Positions 27,709 through 37,361 of a DNA stretch of 64,000 nt are shown one piece after another. Every line of letters starts with the position of its first letter. Position 1 is the first letter of the stretch. The position numbers and the translations under genes were made by a program. The DNA lies in contig JBKQLU010000048.1 in NCBI GenBank assembly GCA_052326585.1, positions 6,590 to 70,589 of the forward strand, read 5' to 3'. Under the pieces are notes generated by a model. That model saw nothing but the letters and a program-made list of their open reading frames with translations. It made no database searches and was not told the origin of the DNA. Source of the DNA: Desulfobaccales bacterium (GTDB lineage Bacteria > Desulfobacterota > Desulfobaccia > Desulfobaccales > 0-14-0-80-60-11).

Positions 27709-28026
27709 ATGGCAACAGTTGAATACGAAGGGAAGACTTTCTCGGTAGACGAAGACGGCTTCCTGGAAAATCTGGACCAATGGTCTCAAGAATGGGTGGA
27801 TTACGTGAAGGATTCCGAGGGCATCTCAGAACTCACCGAGGAGCATTGGAAGGTTATCCACATGCTCCAGGACTACTACAAGAAGAACGGCATCGCCCCC
27901 ATGGTGCGGATCCTTTCCAAGGTGACGGGTTTCAAACTGAAACATATTTACGAGTTGTTTCCTTCCGGACCGGGCAAAGGCGCTTGTAAGATGGCGGGAT
28001 TGGCGAAACCCACCGGTTGTGTCTAG
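27709..28026 (+). CDS. dsrC: DsrC (TusE/DsrC family sulfur-relay protein of dissimilatory sulfite reduction)
   Basis: 105 aa ending 'CKMAGLAKPTGCV', with both conserved Cys in the CX10C C-terminal arm. 'HWKVIHMLQDYY' is a TusE/DsrC core motif. A strong SD is present. Confidence 0.9.
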   Translation: MATVEYEGKTFSVDEDGFLENLDQWSQEWVDYVKDSEGISELTEEHWKVIHMLQDYYKKNGIAPMVRILSKVTGFKLKHIYELFPSGPGKGACKMAGLAKPTGCV

Positions 28027-28060
28027 GCTGATTCCTCCTTGTCCATAAGAGCTTGGGTCG

Positions 28061-28091
28061 GGGCAGATTCCCCCCGCCGGGGAATCTGCCC
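28061..28091 (+). terminator. stem-loop terminator candidate after dsrC
   Basis: A perfect 13-bp stem (gggcagattcccc / ggggaatctgccc) with loop ccgcc starts 35 nt after the stop. The tail 'tgcgtgtta' is only partly T-rich. Confidence 0.5.
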
Positions 28092-28126
28092 TGCGTGTTA
28101 AGATTTGGCTAGCCGTGAAGATTCGA

Positions 28127-28155
28127 TTGACATTTGCCTCGTTTTCCTTTACATT
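28127..28155 (+). promoter_or_regulatory. sigma-70-like promoter candidate (TTGACA-17 nt-TACATT) for the radical SAM gene
   Basis: TTGACA at 28127-28132 and TACATT at 28150-28155. Confidence 0.35.
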
Positions 28156-28283
28156 TTTCCGCATAGGATCATTCAATTCCAGTCCCACAGCAGTCACCTC
28201 CGCAACCTGACCACAGCGAGACGGCTTGGCGTGAGTCCTTGATTTACCACCTATTTTCGAAATAATGACACGAGGAGATGCCC

Positions 28284-30140
28284 ATGGCGCATCCCATGAA
28301 GAAGATTCTCTTTATAGAACCCCGGGCCCCCCGGGAGCATATCTTCAGCCGGGTGACCATTCCCCGCCTGGGTTCGCTGCTCCTGGGCACCATTCTGCAG
28401 CGCCAGGGGCGGGAGATCAAGGTGGTGGTGGAAGATATGGCCACCCCGGACTACGAGAGCCTTGCTTTTAAACCGGACCTGGTCTGCATCTCCAGCATCT
28501 CCTCCACCGCCCCCCGGGCCTATGAGTTGGCGGATTTTTACCGGGGCCGCGGCACACCGGTGGTCCTGGGCGGGGCCCATCCCAGTTTTCTGCCCCTGGA
28601 GGGACTGGAACACGCGGACTACGTCATCTGTGGCGAGGGCGAAGGCGCTTTGCCGGAACTGATAGCCGCCCTGGAAAACGGCGGCGACCTGAACCCCATT
28701 CAGAACCTCTGCTTTCGCCAGGGGGACGCCATCCGCCAGAATCCCTGGCGCCCCATGGTGCAGGACCTGGATGGACTGCCCATTCCCAATTATGACCTGA
28801 TCCACGGCAGGAATTCCAAGAAGCGCCTGCCCGTCGTCTCCATCTCCACCTCCCGGGGCTGCCCCTTTAATTGCAGCTTCTGTTCGGTGATCCTCATGTT
28901 TGGCCGCCAATACCGCGCCCACTCGGTGGACCGCATCATAGAGGAGATCCGGCAAAACGGCCTGCGGGCCCATCATATCTTCTTCTGTGACGACAATTTC
29001 ACGGCCAACCGGGCCCGCACCAAGGAATTGTGCGAGCGCATCCTTGCAGAAAATCTGAAGATCGAATGGAGCGCCCAGGTGCGGGTGGAGGCGGCCAAGG
29101 ACCCGGAACTCCTGGATCTCATGGCCAAGAGCGGCTGCTTCGCGGTCTTCGTGGGCCTGGAATCCATCAACCCGGCCACCCTGAAGGCCTACAACAAATC
29201 CCAGACGGTGGAGGGGATCAAGGAGGCGGTGGCCAATTTCCACCGGTTCGGCATCAATGTCCACGGCATGTTCGTCTTTGGCGCCGAAGAGGACCATTAC
29301 CAGGTGATCCGGGACACCGTCAAGATCTCGCGGCAGATGGACCTGGACTCCTTGCAATACCTGATCCTGACGCCGGTGCCGGGCACTCCCTTCTATAAGG
29401 AGATGGAGGCGCAAAACCGGATCATCTGCCGGGATTGGAGCCAGTACGACGGCCACCACACCGTATTCCAGCCCCGCCAGTTCTCTCCCTTTGAGCTGCA
29501 GATGGAAACCAACCGGGCCATGAAGAAGTTTTACTCCTGGCCCTCGGTGGTCAGGCGTCTCATCACCCTGGACCTGTTTTACGCCAAGCTCAAGGCCTAC
29601 GCCCGCTTGCTGTTATGGAAAACCAACGCTCCCCGGCGGAACCGCTACTTCCAGGAGCTCAGGGAGAAATTATTCACCCAGGCCCTTCACCTGCGCCACT
29701 GGCGCCCCAGCGGCCATCAACTGCCCCGGGTAGGCATCCCGGCGGCCATCTGGAACCTGGGCCCCTGGGAGAGCCGTCCCCGGGAATTCCTGCTGCACTT
29801 TCTGAAACGCCTGGGGGTGGAGGTGGTGCAGGATGCCGGCGACGCCCTGGGGGAGGCCGGCCCCCTGGCCGCGGTCAAGGGCGAAATTATCCGGCTGCAG
29901 GAAAAGGCCGACGTGGTGCTGCTGCCTATGTGGCAGGGCCTGGGAGAGGCGGCCCTGAAGCTGAAGGAGCTGCCCCAGGAACTGGCTCAGGAGACCATGG
30001 CCCGGTTTATGGCCCTGGAATTTAGCCCCGCCTGTTTCTACACCGCCTGCATGGAACTGGGCCTCTGCTTCCGGAAGCGTCTTTCCGGCGTTCGCCGCAT
30101 CTACTTCCAGACCCTGGCGGAGGTGGGCGGCGAGATTTAA
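28284..30140 (+). CDS. B12-binding-domain radical SAM enzyme with long C-terminal extension
   Basis: N-terminal cobalamin-binding-like domain ('DLVCISSISSTAP...VVLGGAHPS'). Radical SAM motif 'TSRGCPFNCSFCS'. About 200 aa after the core carry no motif I recognise. The ATG at 28284 has better SD spacing than the one at 28278. Confidence 0.85.
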   Translation: MAHPMKKILFIEPRAPREHIFSRVTIPRLGSLLLGTILQRQGREIKVVVEDMATPDYESLAFKPDLVCISSISSTAPRAYELADFYRGRGTPVVLGGAHPSFLPLEGLEHADYVICGEGEGALPELIAALENGGDLNPIQNLCFRQGDAIRQNPWRPMVQDLDGLPIPNYDLIHGRNSKKRLPVVSISTSRGCPFNCSFCSVILMFGRQYRAHSVDRIIEEIRQNGLRAHHIFFCDDNFTANRARTKELCERILAENLKIEWSAQVRVEAAKDPELLDLMAKSGCFAVFVGLESINPATLKAYNKSQTVEGIKEAVANFHRFGINVHGMFVFGAEEDHYQVIRDTVKISRQMDLDSLQYLILTPVPGTPFYKEMEAQNRIICRDWSQYDGHHTVFQPRQFSPFELQMETNRAMKKFYSWPSVVRRLITLDLFYAKLKAYARLLLWKTNAPRRNRYFQELREKLFTQALHLRHWRPSGHQLPRVGIPAAIWNLGPWESRPREFLLHFLKRLGVEVVQDAGDALGEAGPLAAVKGEIIRLQEKADVVLLPMWQGLGEAALKLKELPQELAQETMARFMALEFSPACFYTACMELGLCFRKRLSGVRRIYFQTLAEVGGEI

Positions 30141-30207
30141 GAAGAGTGGAGTTCAGTCTTCTTCCGGTTCCCAAGCCCGCGCTTGGGAACCTTTTTTTAT
30201 GCCAGGT

Positions 30208-31590
30208 TCAGCCCTCCCCCTCCTTCCCGGGTTCCAGGCCGTAAGCCTTGAGTTTCCGGTAGAGGTGGGAGCGCTCCAGGCCGACCTTCTCCGCCAGTAG
30301 GCTGACGTTGCCCTGGCACTCCGACAATTTGCGCCGCAAGAACTGCTTCTCAAAGAGGGCCCTGGCCTCCCTAAAGGAGGGCACCTGGAGAAAGGGGTCG
30401 ATAAAGCGGTAATCGGCCGCCGGCTCTGGCCCGGAGGCGGCCAGGGGCAGATCGGCTACATCCACCAGATCGAAGGGACTGAGGATGGCCAGGCGGAAGA
30501 CGAAATTCTTCAACTCCCGGACGTTCCCCGGCCAGGGCATGGCGGCCACGGCCATGAGGGCCTCGGGGGTAAAGGTCTTGGCCGGGGCGCCGTTCTCCTG
30601 GGAGAGCTCCTTTAAGAAGTGGGCCGCCAGCAGAGGGATGTCCTGCCGGCGCTCCCGCAGGGGTGGCACGCTGAGGGGAATGACGTTGATGCGGTGATAG
30701 AGGTCTTCCCGAAAGGCCCCCTTGGCGATCTCCTCTTCCAGGTTCTTATTGGTGGCAGCCAGCACCCGCACGTCCACCTGGATGGAGCGGCCCCCCCCCA
30801 CCCTCTCGAAACGCTGCTCCTCCAGGATACGCAGAATCTTGGCCTGGGTCTTCAGGCTCATATCGCCGATCTCATCCAGGAACAGGGTGCCTTCATGGGC
30901 CAAATCAAACTTGCCCCGGTGCTGGCTGGAAGCCCCGGTGAAGGCCCCCTTCTCGTGGCCGAAGAGCTCACTTTCGATAAGGTCTTCGGGAATGGCGGCG
31001 CAGTTCACCTCCACCAGGGGCTGGTGTGCGCGACGGCTCAAGGCATGCAGGGCCCGGGCCACCAACTCCTTACCGGTGCCGTTTTCGCCGATGATGAGCA
31101 CCGCGGCGTTGGTGGGGGCCACCAGGGCCAATTTCTCCCGAAGACGGAGGATGGCGGCGCTTTCACCAATGATCTCCTTGACCGGGGCCCGCTGTTGGCG
31201 CAGGCGCCGGTTCTCTTCGGCGAGCCGGGCCCACTCCAGGCCATTGCGCACCGATAGCAGGATCTTATCGGCGTTGGGCGGCTTTTCGATGAAATCGAAG
31301 GCCCCCAGACGGGTAGCCTTGACGGCGTTCTCCACCGAGCCGTAAGCGGAGACCATAATCACCGGCAGCAGGGGGTGCTGCTTCTTCAGCTCAGTAAGCA
31401 CCTCCAGGCCATCCAGGCCAGGCAAGGCAATATCCAGGAGGACCAGGTCGGGGGCCTCGGCAGCCACCATTTTGATGGCAGTTTCGCCGTCCGGGGCAGT
31501 GAGCACCTCGAAGCCCTCATCTTGCAAGACCCCGGTTACGGCGCGCAGAATCTGGGGCTCGTCGTCAACTACCAGCAAGGTTCTCGGCAT
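30208..31590 (-). CDS. sigma-54-dependent response regulator (NtrC/NtrX-like enhancer-binding protein)
   Basis: REC domain 'LLVVDDEP...DLVLLDIALPGLDG'. AAA+ motifs 'GENGTGKE', 'GAFTGA' (GAFTGA loop) and 'FLDEIGD'. C-terminal HTH. The ATG at 31590 overlaps the kinase stop. Confidence 0.9.
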   Translation of the reverse strand: MPRTLLVVDDEPQILRAVTGVLQDEGFEVLTAPDGETAIKMVAAEAPDLVLLDIALPGLDGLEVLTELKKQHPLLPVIMVSAYGSVENAVKATRLGAFDFIEKPPNADKILLSVRNGLEWARLAEENRRLRQQRAPVKEIIGESAAILRLREKLALVAPTNAAVLIIGENGTGKELVARALHALSRRAHQPLVEVNCAAIPEDLIESELFGHEKGAFTGASSQHRGKFDLAHEGTLFLDEIGDMSLKTQAKILRILEEQRFERVGGGRSIQVDVRVLAATNKNLEEEIAKGAFREDLYHRINVIPLSVPPLRERRQDIPLLAAHFLKELSQENGAPAKTFTPEALMAVAAMPWPGNVRELKNFVFRLAILSPFDLVDVADLPLAASGPEPAADYRFIDPFLQVPSFREARALFEKQFLRRKLSECQGNVSLLAEKVGLERSHLYRKLKAYGLEPGKEGEG

Positions 31591-33811
31591 AATCGGCCCT
31601 GTGCATGGGAAAGTCGATGATGAATTTGGTCCCCCGGGGGACATTGTCTTCTACCCGGATATGGCCCTGGTGCTCGGCCACGATGGAATTGACGATGGCC
31701 AGGCCCAAACCGGTGCCGCCCCGCTTAGTGGAGAAGTAGGGCTCAAAGATGCGCACCTTGTCATGGTCCGGGACGCCCCTGCCGGTATCAGCCACGCTGA
31801 GTTCCACCCTGCCGTCGGCCGGAGTTCTCCGGATGGAGACCAGGATAGTCCCGGCCCCGTCAATAGAGGCCAAGGCGTTATCCAGTAAATTGAGGAGCAA
31901 CCGCTTCACCTGCTCACGGTCCAGGAGTACGGGGGGTAGCTGGGGGTCGGGGTGAAATTCCAGGACCACCCGGGGCTGAATTTCCCGGTAGAGGAGCACA
32001 GTCTCCTGGACCAGGGCGTTAAAATCCTGGGGGGCCAGGGTCAGTTGGGGCAGGCGGGCGAAGCGGGCAAAGTTATTCACCAGGTTCTGGAGTTCCTCCA
32101 CCTGGTTGACGATGATCTGGGTGCATTCCTGGAAGACCAGGCCATCCTCCCCGAGGCGGTCGGCGTAGCGCCGCTGCAAGCGCTGGGCCGCCAGCTTCAG
32201 GGGGGTCAGGGGATTCTTTACTTCATGGGCAATCCGGCGCGCCACCTCGCGCCAGGCCGCCAGCCGCTGGGCCCGCTCCAGTTCCGTCAGGTCTTCGAAG
32301 ACTATGACCACTCCCAGGTCACGGCCGGCTTCATCCTTGAGCACTGTGGTCTTAAGCAACAGATAAAGGGTCTGGTTGGGCAGGATCAGATGCAGGGGCT
32401 TCTCCACCGTGCCCCGAGCTGCGGCGCGGGCCGCGGCCACCACCTCGAGCATGCGCTGGTATTCGGCCGGCGGCAGCAGCACCCGGGCCTCCCGGCCCAA
32501 GACCTCCTCCCTTTTCAGGCGCAGCATCTGGGCGGCAGAATCATTGATCATGGTGACCTTGCCCGCCGCGTCCAGGGCGATGACCCCCGCGGCCACGTTT
32601 TTCAAGAGGATCTCCATGTCCCGCTTCTGGGTGGAGATGAGTTCGTGGGAGACGCTCAACTGCCCGTAGGCCGCGGCTAACTGCGCCTTGCCCTGCTGCA
32701 GGTCCTGGGTCATCTTATTGAAGGATTGCACCAGAAAGCCGATTTCGTCCCGGCCTTCCTGGTGAATCTGGAAGTCGTAGTCCCCTCCCGCCACCTTCAG
32801 GGCGCCCTCGGCCAGTTCCCGGATAGGGGTGGTTAACTCCCGGGCCATGTAAAACCCCAGCCAGATGGCGGCCATCAGGGCAATTAAGGTGACGATGATC
32901 AGGCCCAGGTAATGGCTCACCTTCAGCGGGCTGAATTGCAAAAGGCGCTGGCGCAGCTCCTGAAGGCTGCGTTCCGCGGCAGCGACCCGCAGCAGGTGGG
33001 TTTCGGGAATGGTCTGACGCACCAGCAGGTAGCCTTGGATCTCGCCGGCGGCATCGGTCACCGGCGTCAGGAAACTCAAGAGTTCCTGTGTACCGAGCTT
33101 CTGGCGGAGGACCACCTCCGCCGGGGTCTTAGTGCCCGGGGGAGCAGGCTGCGGCAATTCGGCCCCGCGCAGCAGAGGATCGTAGCTGGCGGCCAGCGGC
33201 GTCCCGTGCCGGTCCAGGACCTCCAGGCCGGTGAGGTGATAATCGGCGCGGCGCCGCTCGACGAAGGATCGCAAGTGATCTCGATCCCCACCAGCCAAAT
33301 GGCCGCCATCCTTCAATTCCTCAGCCAGCATGCGGCCATAGGCCTTGAGGTTGTCCTCCACCTCCAGGGAGAAGGTGCGGGTCAGACCAACAGCCTTGTC
33401 CAGGGACTCCTCCACCTGCCGGTCCCAGGAGTAATCGACCTGGCTGGAGAGGAGTTGCCAGGCCATAAAAATGAAGAACAGGGTGGGGAGCAAGGTGAGG
33501 CTCATGAAGGTGAGGACCAGGCGGGTGCGCAGCCGGGAGCCGAAGACCTTGCGGCGCCGCTCCAGGAAGAGTTTGGCCAGGTGCCGGAAGATGAGAAAGG
33601 TGAAGAGCAGCAGCAGGAAGACGTTGATATTCAGGAGGCTAAAGGCCAACATACTGCCGGCCATCGCCTGGCCGCCCTGGTGCACCAGGCGTACTTCCAT
33701 GGTAGTGATGCACACCACCAGCGCCAGGGTGAGGGCGATGAGGAGCCTTTCCCGTCGGCGCTTGCGAGATTCCCTGAGTTGATCCGGAGTGGGAGCGCGG
33801 TTGGTTGGCAT
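31565..33811 (-). CDS. NtrY-like sensor histidine kinase (TM-HAMP-PAS-HisKA-HATPase)
   Basis: HAMP 'ARELTTPIRELAEGALKVAGGDYD', H-box 'IAHEVKNPLTPL', and N/G boxes 'LLNLLDNA', 'DTGRGV' and 'GGTGLGLAIV'. The ATG at 33811 forms an ATGA overlap with the upstream kinase stop. The track's longer N-terminus is an artefact. Confidence 0.85.
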   Translation of the reverse strand: MPTNRAPTPDQLRESRKRRRERLLIALTLALVVCITTMEVRLVHQGGQAMAGSMLAFSLLNINVFLLLLFTFLIFRHLAKLFLERRRKVFGSRLRTRLVLTFMSLTLLPTLFFIFMAWQLLSSQVDYSWDRQVEESLDKAVGLTRTFSLEVEDNLKAYGRMLAEELKDGGHLAGGDRDHLRSFVERRRADYHLTGLEVLDRHGTPLAASYDPLLRGAELPQPAPPGTKTPAEVVLRQKLGTQELLSFLTPVTDAAGEIQGYLLVRQTIPETHLLRVAAAERSLQELRQRLLQFSPLKVSHYLGLIIVTLIALMAAIWLGFYMARELTTPIRELAEGALKVAGGDYDFQIHQEGRDEIGFLVQSFNKMTQDLQQGKAQLAAAYGQLSVSHELISTQKRDMEILLKNVAAGVIALDAAGKVTMINDSAAQMLRLKREEVLGREARVLLPPAEYQRMLEVVAAARAAARGTVEKPLHLILPNQTLYLLLKTTVLKDEAGRDLGVVIVFEDLTELERAQRLAAWREVARRIAHEVKNPLTPLKLAAQRLQRRYADRLGEDGLVFQECTQIIVNQVEELQNLVNNFARFARLPQLTLAPQDFNALVQETVLLYREIQPRVVLEFHPDPQLPPVLLDREQVKRLLLNLLDNALASIDGAGTILVSIRRTPADGRVELSVADTGRGVPDHDKVRIFEPYFSTKRGGTGLGLAIVNSIVAEHQGHIRVEDNVPRGTKFIIDFPMHRADYAENLAGS

Positions 33812-35625
33812 CAGCCTTGCCGCGGCAGCCTGACGGTGAAGGTGCTGCCGGCCTCTGGAGCGGTTTCCAGATCGATGGCGCCGCCGTGGTCGGTGATGAT
33901 CTTGTTGACCACCGCCAGCCCCAAACCGGTGCCTTTCTCCTTGGTGGTGAAAAAAGGATGATAGATCCTGTTCTTGACTTCCGGAGTCATGCCTTTGCCG
34001 GTGTCCCGGATGGAAAACCACACCTGGCCATTCTCAGAGCCGCTGGCCAGGATGATGCCGCCATTAGGGCCGGTGGCCTCCACGGCGTTCTTGAGGAGGT
34101 TGAGCACTACCTGATTGAGCTGGGTGGGGTCGGCTTCGATCGAGGGCAGCTGGGAGTCGAGCCGCTCTTCCAGGGTGACGCCCTTGTCCTCGGCAGCCGG
34201 GCCCATCAAGGCCTGGACCTCCCGGATAATTTCATTCAGATTGACAGGGCGCTTTAGAGGATGCACCGGCCGCAAAAAATCCCGCAGATCGCCGAGGAAC
34301 GACTCCAGGCGCTTGACCTCCACTTGGATGATCCGGAGTTTATCCTGGTGGGCGGGATCGGTAAGATGCCGCTCCACCTGGCCGGCCAGGCCGCCGATAA
34401 CCATGAGAGGATTCTTGATTTCATGGCTGACGTAGGCCGCGGCTTCGCCCACCGCGGCAAAGCGCTCCGAATGCAGCAGGCGCTCCTGGGAATCCACCAG
34501 TTCCCTGGTCTTGATCTCCACCTGGCGGGCCAAGGCCCTGTTAAAACCCAGGGCGCTGGCGATCAGGACGCCGCTGGCCAGCACCACCACCACCAGGAAT
34601 AGACCCGCCATAAACAGCTCCTGGTGCATCACCTCCTGCACTTCACCGGAGACTTCCTCCACCGGGGCCACCACCGCCACACCCCAAAGGTTGTGGCTCG
34701 GGTCCTCCAGGTCGGTCGCCCCGGTGGTCGAGCCCTTGGCGAAGATGATGGGGGTGTAGGCCGCCAGCTTGGGCATCAGTCCCACCTTTTGCCGGTGCCA
34801 GCCGGAGTCGTATTCCGTCACCCCCTCCCTGCCCGCCAGAAGCGCGGCGTTGAGTTCCCATAGGCCCCGGAAGACGATCTTGGGATTCCGCTGGGTGCGG
34901 ACCTGCAGAGAATTGCGGCCCACAAAATCCTTTTCATAATGGGCCAGGAAGATCTGGTCCTGATCGATGATCCAGGCATAGCCCGTCTGGCCGGAGTGCA
35001 CCCCGGCAGTCGCCTTTTCACAGATGAAAAACGGATCCAGGAGAAATTCCACCACCCCGAAAAATACCTGGTCCCTCCCCCAATAAAGGGGAGTGAGGAA
35101 ACGCATGACCCGGCGCCCCTTCCAGGGGGGAGCGGCATAGTCGAAGGTCTTGCTCAGAAAGAGGCAGCCGCGATGGGCCGGGTCACGAGCCCACTGCAGG
35201 CAGGCGGCCGGCAGCGCCGGGTACCCGGCCGGCAGAGGGGAGGCCCCGGCGCTAAGGTCCTGCACCTCCTGCCCGGCGGCGTTGAAGCGGCGGATATCCA
35301 GGATGCCTAAGCGCCGGTGCCGGCTGAACCTTTCCGCCATGACCTCGCCCAGCTCCCGTTCCTGGGGCAGGGCGCTTTGAAATAATCCGGCATAGCCCCT
35401 CAAGGCATTATCCAGAAAGCCGAAATAGGATTCCACCTGGCCGCCGACCTCCCGGGCCAGCATCAGTTGCTGCTGGTTGAATTGGTCTTCCAGGATCACT
35501 TCTACTTTCAGATTGAGTTTCTGCCAGAAGAAATAGAAGAGGAGGGTGAGGACCGCGGCGACGGTCAGGATGAGGCCAATGATCACTGGCAGGGAGATGG
35601 CTCCCAGGCTCCGGCTGGCTTTCAT
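33811..35625 (-). CDS. sensor histidine kinase with periplasmic Cache-like domain
   Basis: Two TM segments flank a domain of about 300 aa. H-box 'VSHEIKNPL'. HATPase motifs 'LLKNAVEA', 'DTGKGM' and 'GTGLGLAVV'. Confidence 0.85.
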   Translation of the reverse strand: MKASRSLGAISLPVIIGLILTVAAVLTLLFYFFWQKLNLKVEVILEDQFNQQQLMLAREVGGQVESYFGFLDNALRGYAGLFQSALPQERELGEVMAERFSRHRRLGILDIRRFNAAGQEVQDLSAGASPLPAGYPALPAACLQWARDPAHRGCLFLSKTFDYAAPPWKGRRVMRFLTPLYWGRDQVFFGVVEFLLDPFFICEKATAGVHSGQTGYAWIIDQDQIFLAHYEKDFVGRNSLQVRTQRNPKIVFRGLWELNAALLAGREGVTEYDSGWHRQKVGLMPKLAAYTPIIFAKGSTTGATDLEDPSHNLWGVAVVAPVEEVSGEVQEVMHQELFMAGLFLVVVVLASGVLIASALGFNRALARQVEIKTRELVDSQERLLHSERFAAVGEAAAYVSHEIKNPLMVIGGLAGQVERHLTDPAHQDKLRIIQVEVKRLESFLGDLRDFLRPVHPLKRPVNLNEIIREVQALMGPAAEDKGVTLEERLDSQLPSIEADPTQLNQVVLNLLKNAVEATGPNGGIILASGSENGQVWFSIRDTGKGMTPEVKNRIYHPFFTTKEKGTGLGLAVVNKIITDHGGAIDLETAPEAGSTFTVRLPRQG

Positions 35626-35845
35626 CTTGGCATAATCCCTTAAACTTTATATATTTATCATTCTTGCGGGGCCTTGGCAAGCCTGGGCCGGGAGGGATGG
35701 GCTCAGGGTGGCGCGGGGCTCCATATGGCGGGGGAAAGAAGAGGCAGGCGGGGTAAAACCGGGAACTGGGACATCGGGTATTGCGGTGGATACGCTGATT
35801 GCCGCCCCGGATCTAAAAATCATCCATGCCACTAACGGCCGCTGC

Positions 35846-36664
35846 TCACTGGCCGCGGCCCGCAGCGGTCTTTTCTTGCTTGCTCGCCTCCCAGATGGCC
35901 TCCATCTCTTCCAGGGTGGCGGTCTCCGGGGTCTTGCCTGCCTTGGCCAGGGTGCGCTCCACCACGTGAAACCGTTTGATGAATTTGAAGATGGTGCGCC
36001 TCAGGGCCCTTTCGGAATCGAGGTCCAGAAAGCGGGCCACGTTTACCAGGGAAAAGAGGAGATCCCCCAGCTCTTCCTCCCGGGCGGGGTTGGCAGGGCC
36101 GCTGAGGGCCTGACGAAATTCCTGCCATTCTTCCTCCACCTTGTCCAGGGCCCCCTGCACCTGGGGCCAGTCGAAGCCCAGGCGAGCCGCGGCCTCACCC
36201 AGGCGTTGGGCCTGCACCAGGGCGGGCAGCGCCGGCGACACCTTGCCCAGAGCGCCCGGGGCCGCTTTGCCCTCCCGGGCCTTCGCCTGTTGCCAGAGGC
36301 GCCGCAGGTCCTCCTGGGTCTTGGCCTCTTCACCCTTAAAGACATGCGGGTGGCGGTGGATCATCTTGGCGGCGATCCCGGCCGCCACCTCCACCAGGGA
36401 AAAGTCGCCCCGCTCCTGGTAAAGATCGCTTAAGAAGACCAGCTGCAGCAGCAGGTCTCCCAACTCCTCCTTGATCGACTCCGGGTCGCCGCTCTCCAGG
36501 GCCTCGACCAATTCATAGGCCTCTTCGAGAACGTAGGTCTTCAGGGTCTCCGGGGTCTGGAGGGCGTCCCAGGGACAGCCGCCGGGGCCTCGCAGCCTTC
36601 GGACAATGGCGGCAAATTCATTGATCATGGCCCCGGGATCGGTAGCCTTCCGGTTCATCTTCAC
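35846..36664 (-). CDS. mazG: nucleoside triphosphate pyrophosphohydrolase MazG
   Basis: 'CPWDALQTPETLKTYVLEEAYELVEAL...EELGDLLLQLVF' followed by a second EExxE/D repeat 'EELGDLLFSLVNVARF'. Confidence 0.9.
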   Translation of the reverse strand: MKMNRKATDPGAMINEFAAIVRRLRGPGGCPWDALQTPETLKTYVLEEAYELVEALESGDPESIKEELGDLLLQLVFLSDLYQERGDFSLVEVAAGIAAKMIHRHPHVFKGEEAKTQEDLRRLWQQAKAREGKAAPGALGKVSPALPALVQAQRLGEAAARLGFDWPQVQGALDKVEEEWQEFRQALSGPANPAREEELGDLLFSLVNVARFLDLDSERALRRTIFKFIKRFHVVERTLAKAGKTPETATLEEMEAIWEASKQEKTAAGRGQ

Positions 36665-36714
36665 AAAGGTCCCTTCTCAAGCGCGATGGGCAGTCCCGGG
36701 AACGGCCGGAGCCT

Positions 36715-37281
36715 TCAAGCCCCCTGCCCCTCCCCGGCCACCGGCTCCTCGGAGGGTCTCTTCCGCTCCAACTGGTCTTGCCAGCGCTTCAGGTCGTCCT
36801 CGAGCCGCTTTTTAAAGCTCGGAGGCAGCAATTCCAGGGTCTGGCGGCTGATATTGGTGAGTTCCGGGGCGGTGCGGGATTCCTTGAGGAGCCGGGAATC
36901 CCGGGGCAGGAGCAGGGCGAGAGCCATTAAGCCGAAGCCGATGACCACCGCCCCTTTGACCAGGGCAAAGAGGGCCCCCATCAGACGCTCGAAAAAATCG
37001 AGGTTGAGGTAGTACAGGAGGCGTTGCAGGGCATGGGCCACCAGGAAGGTGACCCAATAGACCACCACCAGGATGACGGCAAAGGCGGCGATCCGGGCAT
37101 ACTGGGGATCGGTGATCCAGCGCGACAGGATCTCCGCCAGTTGCAGGTAGGTGTGGGCGGCGGCCACCACTCCCGCGGCCAGGCCCACCACCACCGCCAG
37201 TTCCTGGAACAGGCCCCGGTAATATCCCCGGATGGTAACCAACCCGAGCAGGATCAAGATCCCCAGGTCCAAGAGGTTCAT
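36715..37281 (-). CDS. cvpA: CvpA family membrane protein
   Basis: 'MNLLDLGILILLGLVTIRGYYRGLFQEL' is a typical CvpA N-terminus, and the protein has four TM helices. Confidence 0.8.
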   Translation of the reverse strand: MNLLDLGILILLGLVTIRGYYRGLFQELAVVVGLAAGVVAAAHTYLQLAEILSRWITDPQYARIAAFAVILVVVYWVTFLVAHALQRLLYYLNLDFFERLMGALFALVKGAVVIGFGLMALALLLPRDSRLLKESRTAPELTNISRQTLELLPPSFKKRLEDDLKRWQDQLERKRPSEEPVAGEGQGA

Positions 37282-37361
37282 GGGCGCACCTGTTCCACTA
37301 GATGAAGAGGAACTATCAAAAAAACCGGGAACCGTCAACCCTGGAGGATTTTAGTAGCATA

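Noticed and set aside
28251-29459. 402-aa antisense ORF opposite the radical SAM gene
   Set aside because: The sense strand carries CxxxCxxC and a B12-binding domain. The antisense translation has no recognisable domain.
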